Assembly: GCA_030681675.1 (NCBI GenBank)
Contig: JAUXRP010000002.1
Coordinates: 5,178-69,177 of the forward strand
Reading direction: 5' to 3'
Source: Candidatus Planktophila sp.
Lineage (GTDB): Bacteria; Actinomycetota; Actinomycetes; Nanopelagicales; Nanopelagicaceae
Length of the DNA stretch: 64,000 nucleotides
How positions within the stretch are numbered: the first letter of the stretch is position 1; each line of letters opens with the position of its first letter. Position numbers and translations under genes: made by a program. Of the stretch, positions 1 to 10,344 are shown in pieces. The notes under the pieces were generated by a model. The model saw only the letters and a list, made by a program, of their open reading frames with translations, was not told the origin of the DNA and made no database searches.

Positions 1-2
1 TG

Positions 3-1877
3 CACTTGGCTGGGCTTGCTTCAAAACCAATTATTGGATCAGATATTGCTATTTCAAAGTATTTAATTCCTGGTCAACCAATCTTTGCCTTTGCATCGCA
101 AGACAAAAAGGCGATTCTTGTAAGTCTGCCACTTACCTTTGATTCGGCTCAAGATTTATTGCCGAATGATAAACCCGTGCTGCCGGAGATCATAAAAACT
201 CTTCGAGAGGATTCGGCCGCTTACGCTAAAGCCAATGGGTTGACCGCAAACGTAACCGGTATAGGTGCGCTACTGGGAGATCTCTTTGGAGCCTTTAGCG
301 GTATCGACTCATCTCTTTTATTTACTACGCTTATAGTTGTTGCGTTTATATTAATAATCGTTTATCGATCCCCTGTTTTATGGATTTTGCCGCTTTTCTC
401 ATCAGTGATAGCCCTATCTACGGCTGGTGGAATTGTTTATTTATTAGCTAAAAATAATGCGATTGATTTAAGCGGTCAGTCCCAGGGAATTCTCTCGGTC
501 TTAGTCTTAGGCGCAGCAACGGACTATGCGCTACTTTTAATTTCACGTTATCGCGAAGAGCTACATCACTATGCCTCACGATTTGATGCGATGAAGGCAG
601 CTTACAAGGGCATCTTTGAACCAATTCTTGCTTCGGGTTTAACCGTCATCGTTAGTTTATTAGTTTTACTCCTTAGTGATCTCTCCAGTAATCGAGGACT
701 TGGTCCAGTGGGAGCGATAGGTATCGCCGCTTCAATGATTACGATTTTAACTTTACTCCCGGCACTTTTAGTGGCATTTGGAAGATGGATTTTCTGGCCA
801 CGAATTCCGCGCTTTGATGATGTTAACTCTCAACTCGAAGGAACTTGGGCAAAAATCGGTGCAGGTGTTCGAAAGCGTCCCCGTAAATTGTGGATTGTAA
901 CCTCAGTAATTCTAGTAATTCTCGCCGGTTTTTCTACGACGTTAAACGCTAAAGGTCTGTCGACGGCCGACTCTTTCACTAAAAAACAGGAATCAGTCGT
1001 TGGTTTAGAGCTTTTAGGTCAACACTTTCCTGGTGGAGCAGGACAACCAACAGAGGTTATTGTTAATGAAGCTTTGGCTAACTCAGTGAGTGAAGCACTC
1101 ATGAGAGTCGAAGGAGTCGCATCAGTTGAACCACTGCGTGTGACTCCAGTTATTCCTGGACAGCCACTCTCAGATGTAAAAACTCTCAATGGCCAAGTTG
1201 TTTTAAATGCAACACTATCGCTTAACCCTGATTCAATTGAAGCACGGGATGTCATACCAGTAATCAGAGAAACCGTGCACGCTATTGATCCAAATATATT
1301 AGTCGGTGGCTCAACTGCCGTTGCATTTGACACAGATGTCGCGGCCGATCACGACAATAGAACGATTATTCCAATCGTTCTAGTTTTAATCACACTTATA
1401 CTTGGTTTACTTCTTCGAAGTATTATTTCGGCGCTTCTCTTACTGTCAACGGTGGTGCTCTCATACTTTGCAACATTGGGGGCTTGTCAATTGGTCTTTG
1501 AACATATATTCAACTTCAAAGGGGCAGATACATCTTTTCCTCTATTCGCATTTATTTTCCTAGTTGCTCTTGGCATTGACTACAACATTTTCCTCATGAC
1601 TAGAGTTCGAGAAGAGAGTACAAAAATCGGTACTCGAGCCGGCGTGATAAAGGGGTTAACTGTCACTGGTGGTGTGATTACTTCTGCCGGAATTGTTTTA
1701 GCTGCAACTTTCGGAGTTCTTGGTGTTCTACCTTTGGTCTTTTTAGCTGAATTGGGCTTTGCAGTAGCCTTCGGTGTTTTACTTGACACTCTCATAGTTC
1801 GAACGATTTTAGTTCCAGCATTGGCTTATGACATCGGCGGGAAAATCTGGTGGCCATCAAAGTTGCAGTACAAGTAA
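3..1877 (+). CDS. MMPL/RND-family membrane transporter (5' end lies before the window)
   Basis: Frame is open from the window start. Two blocks of about 6 TM helices with MMPL motifs (GAATDYALLLISRYREEL; ALGIDYNIFLMTRVREE). Confidence 0.9.
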   Translation, partial: HLAGLASKPIIGSDIAISKYLIPGQPIFAFASQDKKAILVSLPLTFDSAQDLLPNDKPVLPEIIKTLREDSAAYAKANGLTANVTGIGALLGDLFGAFSGIDSSLLFTTLIVVAFILIIVYRSPVLWILPLFSSVIALSTAGGIVYLLAKNNAIDLSGQSQGILSVLVLGAATDYALLLISRYREELHHYASRFDAMKAAYKGIFEPILASGLTVIVSLLVLLLSDLSSNRGLGPVGAIGIAASMITILTLLPALLVAFGRWIFWPRIPRFDDVNSQLEGTWAKIGAGVRKRPRKLWIVTSVILVILAGFSTTLNAKGLSTADSFTKKQESVVGLELLGQHFPGGAGQPTEVIVNEALANSVSEALMRVEGVASVEPLRVTPVIPGQPLSDVKTLNGQVVLNATLSLNPDSIEARDVIPVIRETVHAIDPNILVGGSTAVAFDTDVAADHDNRTIIPIVLVLITLILGLLLRSIISALLLLSTVVLSYFATLGACQLVFEHIFNFKGADTSFPLFAFIFLVALGIDYNIFLMTRVREESTKIGTRAGVIKGLTVTGGVITSAGIVLAATFGVLGVLPLVFLAELGFAVAFGVLLDTLIVRTILVPALAYDIGGKIWWPSKLQYK

Positions 1878-2894
1878 ATGGACCTGCGTGTAGGAATTGT
1901 CGGCTATGGATTAGCCGGGCGCTACTTTCATGCTCCGTTACTTAAAGGGTGTGGTTTCGAAGTAGCCGCGATTGTGACCACAAATGAAATTCGACAGAGC
2001 CATGCGCACAAGGACTTTCCAGGTGTAAAAGTAGTCGCCACGAGTGAAGAGCTTGTGAAGGAGCGGTTAGATCTCGTAGTAATCGCTTCAGCAAATATCG
2101 CACACGCACATGATGCGTTGAGTGCAATTGATGCAGGTATCCCGGTGGTTATAGATAAACCTATGGGCCGAACCTATGCTGAAACTAAGGCAATAATCGA
2201 TGCCGGTCTAAAGGCTGGAACTCCAGTTTCGACATTCTTTAATCGAAGATGGGATAGCAACGCATTAACTATTAAACGTGTCTTAGCCAGTGGAGTGTTA
2301 GGGCAGATCCATAGACTGGAGTCACGTTTTGAGCGCTTTCGACCACACCTAAATGCGCAGTCATGGCGAGAAAACATGAGCGCTGCCGAGGGTGGAGGTC
2401 AGTTATTGGATTTACAGTCCCATTTAATATCAACGGCTATAGATTGGTTTGGTTCTGCCGAACTTGTTATGTCTTCGGTTCGATCTTTGCGAGGTGGGGC
2501 CGATGATGACTCTGTTGTGGTTTTGCGCCACGCTGGAGGATTAATGTCGTATCTATCGGCAAGTGCAGTCGTTGGCGCACCGGGTCCTTGTGTTCGAATG
2601 CTTGGTACTCAAGGCGCACTTGTAATACATGATTTAGATCCGCAAGAGGATTTATTGAGAAGCGGAAAATATCCAGCGGGTGGCACGTGGGCAGAACCAA
2701 CTTCCTCTAGAGCTTTCATTCACCGCGGCACTGAGGTAGAAGAAATCGCCAGTGAAAATGGAAACTATGCTTTGTTTTATATCGCTGTTGCCGATGCAAT
2801 TACAGGTAAAGCTCCTTGGCCAATTGCTAATGATGATGTTTTATTAGTGGCGCAGTTAATTGATCAAGCACGTGAGGGTTCAGTTCAGGATTAA
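1878..2894 (+). CDS. Gfo/Idh/MocA family NAD(P)-dependent oxidoreductase
   Basis: Rossmann motif VGIVGYGLAG, VIDKP (EKP-type), FFNRRWD, GGGQLLDL. Start directly abuts the MMPL stop (taaATG). Confidence 0.88.
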   Translation: MDLRVGIVGYGLAGRYFHAPLLKGCGFEVAAIVTTNEIRQSHAHKDFPGVKVVATSEELVKERLDLVVIASANIAHAHDALSAIDAGIPVVIDKPMGRTYAETKAIIDAGLKAGTPVSTFFNRRWDSNALTIKRVLASGVLGQIHRLESRFERFRPHLNAQSWRENMSAAEGGGQLLDLQSHLISTAIDWFGSAELVMSSVRSLRGGADDDSVVVLRHAGGLMSYLSASAVVGAPGPCVRMLGTQGALVIHDLDPQEDLLRSGKYPAGGTWAEPTSSRAFIHRGTEVEEIASENGNYALFYIAVADAITGKAPWPIANDDVLLVAQLIDQAREGSVQD

Positions 2895-2895
2895 A

Positions 2896-3786
2896 TTAGC
2901 TTTCAACTAGGGCTTTCAGCGCCTCGGTTATGTGGGGGTAATCCCATGTAAAGCCGGCATCTTGCAAAGCCTGTGGTATTACGCGCTTCGAACCTAAAAC
3001 TTCAATCGAAAAACCGCCGAGAGCGATTTTAAGTGCAAATGCCGGAGCTGGAAAAAGAGCGGGACGGTGTAGAGCGCGAGCTAGCGCAGAAGTGAATTCT
3101 AAGTTGGTTACAGGGTTAGGTGAAGTTAAATTTACAGGACCAGAAATATCTTCTACAAGTGCGAAATCAATGGCACGAACAAGATCGTGGAGAGTAATCC
3201 ATGACCACCATTGCTTACCGCTGCCAAGTTTTCCGCCAAAACCTAAGCGAAAGAGTGGAAGCATCTTTCCAAGGGCGCCTCCAGTCGGATCTAAAACTAA
3301 CCCTGTACGTAATTTTACTGTTCGGACCCCGGATGCTATATCGGCCGCGGCCTCCCATTCATGGCATGTGGCTGCAAGGAAATCATCACCCACTCGATCA
3401 GATTCAACCACTGCTCGATTGCCGCTCTCGCCATACCAGCCGATGGCACTGGCAGATATAAATACATCTGGCTTAACTTCGGCCACCGCTTTTGCAATTG
3501 TAGTAGTACCCATTAACCGAGAGTTAAGAATTTCCGCTTTGTATTTTTTACTCCAGCGTTTATCGGCAACAGGTGCGCCAGCTAAGTGGATAATTGCATC
3601 GACGCCTTCGAGCGCGCTCAAATCTACATATCCAGTATTTGGATCCCAAGTCACTTCATCGACTGCGACTGGCGCTCGACGTACTAGACGCTGAACTGTG
3701 TGACCCTCGGACTTTAGGTGACCAACGAGGGAGGTACCAATTAGCCCGGATGAGCCAGTAATTGCTATACGTTCAGGAACTCTCAT
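2896..3786 (-). CDS. TIGR01777 family NAD-dependent epimerase-like protein (YfcH/Rv2216-like)
   Basis: IAITGSSGLIG, HLAGAPV, LRTGLVL, GSGKQWWSWI. Usual position downstream of dlaT. Confidence 0.9.
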   Translation of the reverse strand: MRVPERIAITGSSGLIGTSLVGHLKSEGHTVQRLVRRAPVAVDEVTWDPNTGYVDLSALEGVDAIIHLAGAPVADKRWSKKYKAEILNSRLMGTTTIAKAVAEVKPDVFISASAIGWYGESGNRAVVESDRVGDDFLAATCHEWEAAADIASGVRTVKLRTGLVLDPTGGALGKMLPLFRLGFGGKLGSGKQWWSWITLHDLVRAIDFALVEDISGPVNLTSPNPVTNLEFTSALARALHRPALFPAPAFALKIALGGFSIEVLGSKRVIPQALQDAGFTWDYPHITEALKALVES

Positions 3787-3793
3787 ATCTTTT

Positions 3794-5479
3794 TTACAGA
3801 CCTAAATCTGATTCAAAAGCTCCACCTTCAAGTCGCTCTTTAAGAGTGACCAAGAAGCGCGCAGCATCTGCACCATCTACAACACGATGATCGTATGAAA
3901 GAGCGAGATAGACCATGGATCGAATTGCGATGGACTCCCCGCCATCTTCACCACGAACAACCATTGGACGTTTTACAACTGCGCCAATTCCCAAGATTGC
4001 AACTTGAGGCTGATTGATAATCGGAGTATCGAAAAGTGCGCCGCGACTTCCGGTATTAGTCAAAGTGAAAGTTCCACCGCCGAGTTCATCTGGAGTGACT
4101 TTATTTTCGCGAGTGCGTGCAGCAAGGTCGGCAATTTTTCGTGCAATTCCACCCATATTTAAATCGCCGGCATTAGCAATTACGGGGACTAGCAAACCTC
4201 TCTCAGTATCCACTGCCACGCCGAGGTGCTCGGCGCCGTGGTAGGTAATTTGGTCACCTTCGACAGATGAGTTCAGTACTGGATGTTGCTTCAAAGCCTC
4301 ACAGATAGCAACTGCAAAAAAAGGAAGGAAAGAGAGTTTGACTCCTTCGCGCGCTTCAAAATTTACCTTAGAGCGATCGCGTAAACGAGCAATTTTAGTT
4401 ACATCAACTTCAACAACCGTTGTGAGTTGTGCGCTCACATGAAGTGATTCAAGCATTCGAGCCGCGATAACTTTGCGCAACCGTGTCATTGTTACAGTCG
4501 TCCCACGAAGAGGGGAGACAGCAACGCTCGTTGGTGTTGAAGTTTTTGCTGCGGGGGAAGAAATATTTTGAGTTTGAACTGACACTGCTACCGGCTTAGA
4601 GAGGGCTTCAATATCTTCACGGCGAATTCTTCCGCCAACGCCTGTGCCTTTAACATCGGCTAGGTTTACTCCGAGATCATTAGCGAGTTTGCGAACAAGG
4701 GGTGTTACATAGACATCCATTGGTTGGTTTATTTGTGCAGGAACTATTGCAGCGGCAACTAGTGCTGCGGGGGCTGCGACCTGAGTTGGAACCTCGGAGA
4801 CAGCAATCTCAGCCATTGGCTTGGACACTACTGGCGCAGCAACGGCGCCAGTTACACCGATGAGTGCTAATCGAGCACCAACTGCAACAGTCGTATCGAT
4901 AGGCACATCTATGGCAAGCAAAGTTCCGGCGACCGGCGATGGAATCTCGGTATCAACTTTGTCGGTTGACACTTCAAGTAAGGCCTCATCAACTGCAACA
5001 ACGTCTCCAACGTTTTTCAACCAACGAGTAACAGTCCCCTCACTTACGCTTTCACCAAGGGCCGGCATTGTGATGACCGTGCCTGCCGTTGTCACAACTT
5101 GAGCTGGAACCTCGGACACAGCAAGCTGAGTTAGTGGCTCGGACACAGCTGGTGCGACGAGCGCGGGCGTTTCAACCACGTCAACCGTTTGCATAACTTG
5201 GGCTGGAACCTCGGACACAGCAACCTGAGTTCGTGGTTCGGACACATCGGAAATTACTGCAAGCTCGGCTCCGACCGCAACGGTTTGATCAATCTGAACA
5301 ACAATTTTGGTAAGAACTCCTGCTACGGGTGAGGGAATTTCGGTATCTACTTTGTCAGTTGAAACTTCTAGAAGTGGTTCATCTACATTGACATGATCGC
5401 CTTCGGCTTTGAGCCAACGAGTGACCGTACCTTCGCTCACGCTCTCGCCAAGCGCCGGCATAGTTACTGAAAATGTCAT
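3794..5479 (-). CDS. sucB: 2-oxoacid dehydrogenase E2, dihydrolipoamide acyltransferase with two lipoyl domains (DlaT/SucB)
   Basis: Two lipoyl domains (VSTDKVDTEIPSP), E3-binding domain (TPLVRKLA...GTGVGGRI), catalytic SYDHRVVDG. Start moved to ATG 5479, which follows an AAGGAG RBS. Confidence 0.95.
   Translation of the reverse strand: MTFSVTMPALGESVSEGTVTRWLKAEGDHVNVDEPLLEVSTDKVDTEIPSPVAGVLTKIVVQIDQTVAVGAELAVISDVSEPRTQVAVSEVPAQVMQTVDVVETPALVAPAVSEPLTQLAVSEVPAQVVTTAGTVITMPALGESVSEGTVTRWLKNVGDVVAVDEALLEVSTDKVDTEIPSPVAGTLLAIDVPIDTTVAVGARLALIGVTGAVAAPVVSKPMAEIAVSEVPTQVAAPAALVAAAIVPAQINQPMDVYVTPLVRKLANDLGVNLADVKGTGVGGRIRREDIEALSKPVAVSVQTQNISSPAAKTSTPTSVAVSPLRGTTVTMTRLRKVIAARMLESLHVSAQLTTVVEVDVTKIARLRDRSKVNFEAREGVKLSFLPFFAVAICEALKQHPVLNSSVEGDQITYHGAEHLGVAVDTERGLLVPVIANAGDLNMGGIARKIADLAARTRENKVTPDELGGGTFTLTNTGSRGALFDTPIINQPQVAILGIGAVVKRPMVVRGEDGGESIAIRSMVYLALSYDHRVVDGADAARFLVTLKERLEGGAFESDLGL
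5096..5246. repeat. 52-bp direct repeat (5096-5147 and 5195-5246, 48/52 identical) with a partial third copy at 4779-4806, in the DlaT linkers
   Basis: aacttgRgctggaacctcggacacagcaaSctgagttMgtggYtcggacaca, read directly from the sequence. Copies are 99 bp apart (in frame) and encode repeated AVSEVPAQV. Confidence 0.9.
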
Positions 5480-5492
5480 TTCATCTCCTTGA

Positions 5493-6860
5493 TTATCCGT
5501 GAGCGTGTAGCGGTTTGCCTGCAAGTGCCATGTGGGCTTCGCCCATAGCTTCTGAAAGCGTTGGATGTGGGTGAATTAAAGATGCAACGTCATCTGCACG
5601 CGCCTCCCAGTTAAATATTAATTCGGCCTCAGCTAATAACTCACCGACGCGTGCACCGACCATATGCACACCGAGAATCGGGCCATTTTTTTCAGCAATT
5701 AATTTTATTGAACCAGCGGTATTGAGTATCTGAGCCTTACCATTTCCAGCTAAGTCATAGCTCAGTTCAATCACATTGTGGCCACGCTTCTTAGCTTCTG
5801 CCGTTGTTAAACCCACAGATGCAACTTCAGGATCTGAGTATGTAATGCGTGGTATTCCATCGTAGTTGATTGGACGCGGACTTAGCCCTGCAATCTCTTC
5901 AGCTACGAGCATCCCTTCTGCAAAGCCAACGTGGGCTAACTGCAACGTTGGAATTAGATCGCCAACGGCCCAGATCCCAGGAACATTTGTACGACACTTG
6001 TTATCAACTAATACATAACCACGATCCATCGCAACGCCGGCCGCCTCATAACCGAGATTTGCCGACACTGGACCGCGACCAACTGAGACCATGAGTAGTT
6101 CGGCGGTAAAAGTCTTGCCATCTTCAAGAGTTACGGTTACGCCCTCGGAGTTTTTTTCCATGGATTTGAAAAATACGCCGAGTTCGAAATTGATTCCACG
6201 TTTTCTAAAAGCGCGCTCCAACTGTTTGCTCGATGATTCATCTTCGAGTGCAATTAAGTGAGGCAGGCCTTCAATGATTGTTACTTCGGCACCAAATGAT
6301 TTCCAAACCGATGCAAACTCACAACCGATGACACCGCCTCCCAGCACGATGACACTCTTTGGCACATAATCTAACTTCGTTCCATGGTCGGAGGTAATAA
6401 CCTGGTGACCATCTATTTCAACTCCCGGAAGGCTTTTAGCATACGAGCCAGTTGCTAGGACGATATTTTTACCGGTGTAAATCTGACCATTAACTTCAAC
6501 AGAGTTTTTTGAGACAAGTTTTCCGTGGCCTTCGACATATGTAATTGCGCGAGATTTAATTAAACCTTGCAAACCTTTGTACAGACGAGAGACAACGCCA
6601 TCTTTGTAACTGTTAACTCCAGCCATATCGATTCCTTCGAAAGTGGATTTAACTCCGAAGCGAGCGCTCTCACGGGCGCTATCGGCAATTTCACCGGCAT
6701 GTAAAAGCGCCTTTGTCGGAATACAGCCTTTATGCAAACACGTGCCACCAACTTTTTCGGCCTCAATGAGTACAACGCTTTTACCTAATTGCGCACTGCG
6801 TAGGGCGCAGGCATAGCCGCCGCTTCCGCCGCCGATAATGACAAGATCAAACTCAGACAC
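5493..6860 (-). CDS. lpdA: Dihydrolipoamide dehydrogenase (E3)
   Basis: IGGGSGG FAD motif, GGTCLHKGCIP redox disulfide, GGGVIG, HPTLSE. Confidence 0.96.
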   Translation of the reverse strand: MSEFDLVIIGGGSGGYACALRSAQLGKSVVLIEAEKVGGTCLHKGCIPTKALLHAGEIADSARESARFGVKSTFEGIDMAGVNSYKDGVVSRLYKGLQGLIKSRAITYVEGHGKLVSKNSVEVNGQIYTGKNIVLATGSYAKSLPGVEIDGHQVITSDHGTKLDYVPKSVIVLGGGVIGCEFASVWKSFGAEVTIIEGLPHLIALEDESSSKQLERAFRKRGINFELGVFFKSMEKNSEGVTVTLEDGKTFTAELLMVSVGRGPVSANLGYEAAGVAMDRGYVLVDNKCRTNVPGIWAVGDLIPTLQLAHVGFAEGMLVAEEIAGLSPRPINYDGIPRITYSDPEVASVGLTTAEAKKRGHNVIELSYDLAGNGKAQILNTAGSIKLIAEKNGPILGVHMVGARVGELLAEAELIFNWEARADDVASLIHPHPTLSEAMGEAHMALAGKPLHAHG

Positions 6861-6942
6861 GAATCTAACGACCTTTCACCTGGATAAATCTGCAGGGCTC
6901 TATCTTGCCTTACTGAGCGCGAAACTACCCAATGGAGGTTTT

Positions 6943-8433
6943 CTAAGCGCCCTCTGCAAGGGTAATCAGGCTGCGAAGTGCTATTCCAGTGCCACCAACC
7001 GGGGTGTAGCCATGAGCCTTTGCAGTATTGAAGGCAGGTCCGGCGATATCCAAATGAAGCCATGCAAGATCTGGATTAATAAACTCTTTTAAGAAGAGCC
7101 CAGCCACTAACATTCCACCGTTTTTATCACCGATATTTGCCATATCCGCGACGGGTGAATCCAGTGAAGCTCGAAGTTCAACTGGAAGTGGCATTGGCCA
7201 AAAAGCTTCACCACTAATTGCACTGGCTTTTAGAAACTGCACAGAAAACTCTTCGTTATTTGTCATGACTGCGCTTGTGCGCGTTCCTAGGGCAACGACT
7301 TGAGCTCCAGTGAGAGTCGCAACATCGACTATCCCGTCGAGTCTGTTTTTGCTTGACTGAGCTTTTACTAAAGCATCGGCTAACACTAAACGGCCTTCAG
7401 CATCGGGATTTAAAACCTCAATAGTTTTGCCGCCGAAAATTGTAATGATGTCACTTGGGCGAGTTGCTTTATCACTTGGCATATTCTCTGCCAGCGGTGC
7501 CCATGTTTCGATCGCAATTGGTAGTTTTAGCGCTGCAATTGCCAGAACCGCGGCACACACTGCAGCGGCGCCACTCATATCTGATTTCATCGCCTCCATA
7601 CCAAGTGCAGGTTTTAACGCTAAACCGCCGGTATCGAACGTAATTCCCTTGCCAACATATGCATACCGCTTTTTCACGGCTCCCTTTGGTGTGTACGAGA
7701 TATGAATGAGGCGGGGAGGGTTGGCAGAGCCTTGCCCGACTCCAATAATTCCGCCAAAGCCTTGACTCTTTAACGCAGTCTCATCCAAAATAGAGATTCT
7801 CAATCCAGCTTTTACTCCACCAGCTTTTCTCACTTCGACTGATATCTTCTTTGCAAAGCTATCGGGAGTCAGGTGAGAAGGGGGAGTATTAATCAAATCA
7901 CGGACTAAGAACGTGTAATCTGCGATTATTTTCGCGCGCTCTAAAATCGATTGTGCAGCAGGGTCTGTAGCTAGTTTGCTATGGATTGTAATTGTTTTAA
8001 GTGGTGCTTTTTGTTCGGCCTTTGTCGAACCTCGAAAATCGGTAAATACATATGCACCAAGGGCCGCGCCTTCGGCTACAGCGCTCAAACTCTCTGGCGT
8101 TGAAGATGGAAGTGCGAAAGTTGCATTAGTAGCACCGGCCAATGAACGCGACGCTGCACCGGCCGCTCTCCGAAGCGTTTCATGAGAGTAGGTATTCATT
8201 TTCTTTCCTAGCCCGGTAAAGACCATCATGCGCACAGTGCCACCTGGAAATTTAATTACCTCGTCGGCAGCCCCCGTTGCACCCATTTCGGTAAGCGCGG
8301 CAATGAGTGCACGTGAATCGACAGCTACATCGCCAGATTCAATAGCAAGACCGCCTGCTGAATCACTCTTGGCTAAACCCAATACAAGTACATCGTCTTT
8401 TAGCGGACCCTCGGTAATTCTTAAAGTACTCAT
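6943..8433 (-). CDS. pepA: Leucyl aminopeptidase (M17)
   Basis: GKGITFDTGG, MKSDMSGAA, NPDAEGRLVLAD, LDIAG. Confidence 0.95.
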   Translation of the reverse strand: MSTLRITEGPLKDDVLVLGLAKSDSAGGLAIESGDVAVDSRALIAALTEMGATGAADEVIKFPGGTVRMMVFTGLGKKMNTYSHETLRRAAGAASRSLAGATNATFALPSSTPESLSAVAEGAALGAYVFTDFRGSTKAEQKAPLKTITIHSKLATDPAAQSILERAKIIADYTFLVRDLINTPPSHLTPDSFAKKISVEVRKAGGVKAGLRISILDETALKSQGFGGIIGVGQGSANPPRLIHISYTPKGAVKKRYAYVGKGITFDTGGLALKPALGMEAMKSDMSGAAAVCAAVLAIAALKLPIAIETWAPLAENMPSDKATRPSDIITIFGGKTIEVLNPDAEGRLVLADALVKAQSSKNRLDGIVDVATLTGAQVVALGTRTSAVMTNNEEFSVQFLKASAISGEAFWPMPLPVELRASLDSPVADMANIGDKNGGMLVAGLFLKEFINPDLAWLHLDIAGPAFNTAKAHGYTPVGGTGIALRSLITLAEGA

Positions 8434-8471
8434 GGGTCTCAGCGTAATAGATGTTTTGGTAGGTTTGCACT

Positions 8472-9560
8472 ATGAAGAGTTCACCATTACATGAGAAACA
8501 CCTCACGCGAAATGCCAAAATGGCAGATTTTGGCGGTTGGTCTATGCCCATCGAATATCCGAGTGGGGGTGTTCTTGCCGAGCATGCTGCAGTACGCGAA
8601 CGTGTCGGACTCTTTGATGTTTCGCATTTAGGTAAAATCTCAGTTGTCGGGGTTGGGGCTTTAGAGTTTCTTAATACAGTATTTACTAATGACTTAGATC
8701 GAATTGGCGATGGTTCGGCTCAATACACTTTGCTGTGTACTCCTGAGGGTGGCGTCATTGATGATCTAATTGCATATCGAAACTCACCCGATAATCTATT
8801 TTTAGTACCAAACGCCTCAAATACCAGCGATGTCGTTGCGGTACTTCAATCACTCGCACCGGCTGGGATTACAGTTACGAATCTGCATAATGATTTCGCG
8901 GTCTTGGCTGTTCAAGGCCCACTAGCTGCCCACGTTATGCAATCACTTGGGGTCAATACCGAAATCGACTACATGGAATTTTCTCATGTGAAGGTTGGCG
9001 GCGCCGAGGTTATTCTCTGCCGAACTGGCTATACCGGCGAACTTGGCTATGAAATTTTGCCGAGAGTCGCTGATGCATCTGCAGTGTGGGATGCCCTAGC
9101 AAGTGCAGTTGAAGCTTTTGGTGGCTTAGTGTGCGGCCTAGGTGCTCGCGATACATTACGCACTGAGATGGGCTATCCACTTCATGGTCACGAGTTATCA
9201 CGAGAGATAACTCCGGTTCAGGCAAGTGCCTCATGGGCAATTGGCTGGGACAAACCTGGATTTATTGGCAGTGATGTTTTACGCGCTGAAAAGGCTAATA
9301 AACCAGCGTTGCGCAGCGTGGCGCTTAAATCTTTAGATCGCGGAATTCCGCGTGGACATATGCAGGTAAAAAGTGCATCGAGAGAGGCTTTAGGTGAAGT
9401 TACTAGCGGAACTTTTTCTCCAACTCTGAAAACTGGAATTGCACTCGCACTTCTTGCATCTTCTGTCAAAGTTGGGGATAAATTAATTATTGATGTTCGC
9501 GGGCGAGAATCACATGTAGAAGTTGTCAAGCTTCCTTTTGTACCTTCTCATGTTCGATAA
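8472..9560 (+). CDS. gcvT: Glycine cleavage system aminomethyltransferase T
   Basis: FGGWSMP, GLFDVSHLG, RTGYTGELGYE, GLGARDTLRTEMGYPLHG. Confidence 0.95.
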   Translation: MKSSPLHEKHLTRNAKMADFGGWSMPIEYPSGGVLAEHAAVRERVGLFDVSHLGKISVVGVGALEFLNTVFTNDLDRIGDGSAQYTLLCTPEGGVIDDLIAYRNSPDNLFLVPNASNTSDVVAVLQSLAPAGITVTNLHNDFAVLAVQGPLAAHVMQSLGVNTEIDYMEFSHVKVGGAEVILCRTGYTGELGYEILPRVADASAVWDALASAVEAFGGLVCGLGARDTLRTEMGYPLHGHELSREITPVQASASWAIGWDKPGFIGSDVLRAEKANKPALRSVALKSLDRGIPRGHMQVKSASREALGEVTSGTFSPTLKTGIALALLASSVKVGDKLIIDVRGRESHVEVVKLPFVPSHVR

Positions 9561-10344
9561 ATTCAATAGGCGTTAAAAAGGCTGCACGTACATATGTTCG
9601 CCGCAATGCCGTTAATACTGCGCGACCGGCAAAGAGAATTAATCCAGCAGTAAATACCGCTCGGGGAATATCCCAGGCCATTGCCGTGAGAAAGTGAAAT
9701 GTAAAAAAATTAGAGAGATTCTCTGAAATTGGTGCACCGGCTACGAAAGATAATTGAGTTTGTGAGCCAAGGGCCCAAGGCCAGAACTGTAGATCCATTA
9801 AAATTCCAAATAACTCACTTGCTAAAGCGCCATACATCATAAGCATTGCTATCTCGCCTTTTCCTCGAAGGCTTTTAGTTCCAGGCAGCAGACCTGCGAG
9901 CAGACCAATCCAGGCCGCGGCAAAGATTTGATAGCCCAACCAAGGGCCTAAGCCACCAGTTAAGAGGGCAGATACAAAGACTGAGATAAGCCCCAGCAAA
10001 AAACCAAAGGAGGGACCAAAGACTCTGGCGCTGAGTATGAGTAGAAACCACATCGGTTCAATTCCAAGAGCACCTGCGCCAAGCGGTCGCAAGGCAGCGA
10101 TCAAAGCCGAAAGAACGCCTAGCAGGGCAATAGATTTTGAATCTAAACCTGATCCAGATATTTCAATAATTGCCAACAGAGCGGCGATTGAAATCGCAAT
10201 CCAGAAAAAGATTTGAGTTCTAGGAAGGCTCTCACCGGTGTAAAAAAATGGCCAAATAAAACCTGCCGCACTTATTATGGATGCAATCGATAGAACTAAG
10301 GCATTGCGTCGAGAGAATTTTACAATATCGCCAGTTAACATCAT
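9526..10344 (-). CDS. ECF transporter S (substrate-binding) component, probably for cobalamin or its precursors
   Basis: Polytopic membrane protein (GIEPMWFLLILSARVFG, GLGPWLGYQ, WDIPRA). Last gene of the riboswitch-controlled ECF operon. Confidence 0.8.
   Translation of the reverse strand: MMLTGDIVKFSRRNALVLSIASIISAAGFIWPFFYTGESLPRTQIFFWIAISIAALLAIIEISGSGLDSKSIALLGVLSALIAALRPLGAGALGIEPMWFLLILSARVFGPSFGFLLGLISVFVSALLTGGLGPWLGYQIFAAAWIGLLAGLLPGTKSLRGKGEIAMLMMYGALASELFGILMDLQFWPWALGSQTQLSFVAGAPISENLSNFFTFHFLTAMAWDIPRAVFTAGLILFAGRAVLTALRRTYVRAAFLTPIEFIEHEKVQKEA

Noticed and set aside
2891-2901. Identical 11-mer TTAAATTAGCT at two convergent junctions (also 51677-51687)
   Set aside because: Largely forced by back-to-back TAA stops and a terminal Ser codon. 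Two cases are too few to call a motif.
3092-3694. 200-aa plus-strand ORF
   Set aside because: Antisense shadow of the TIGR01777 gene with Ser/Thr/Ala-rich non-protein-like composition.
8434-8471. Glycine riboswitch upstream of gcvT
   Set aside because: The spacer is only 38 bp and gcvT appears leaderless, so there is no room for an aptamer.
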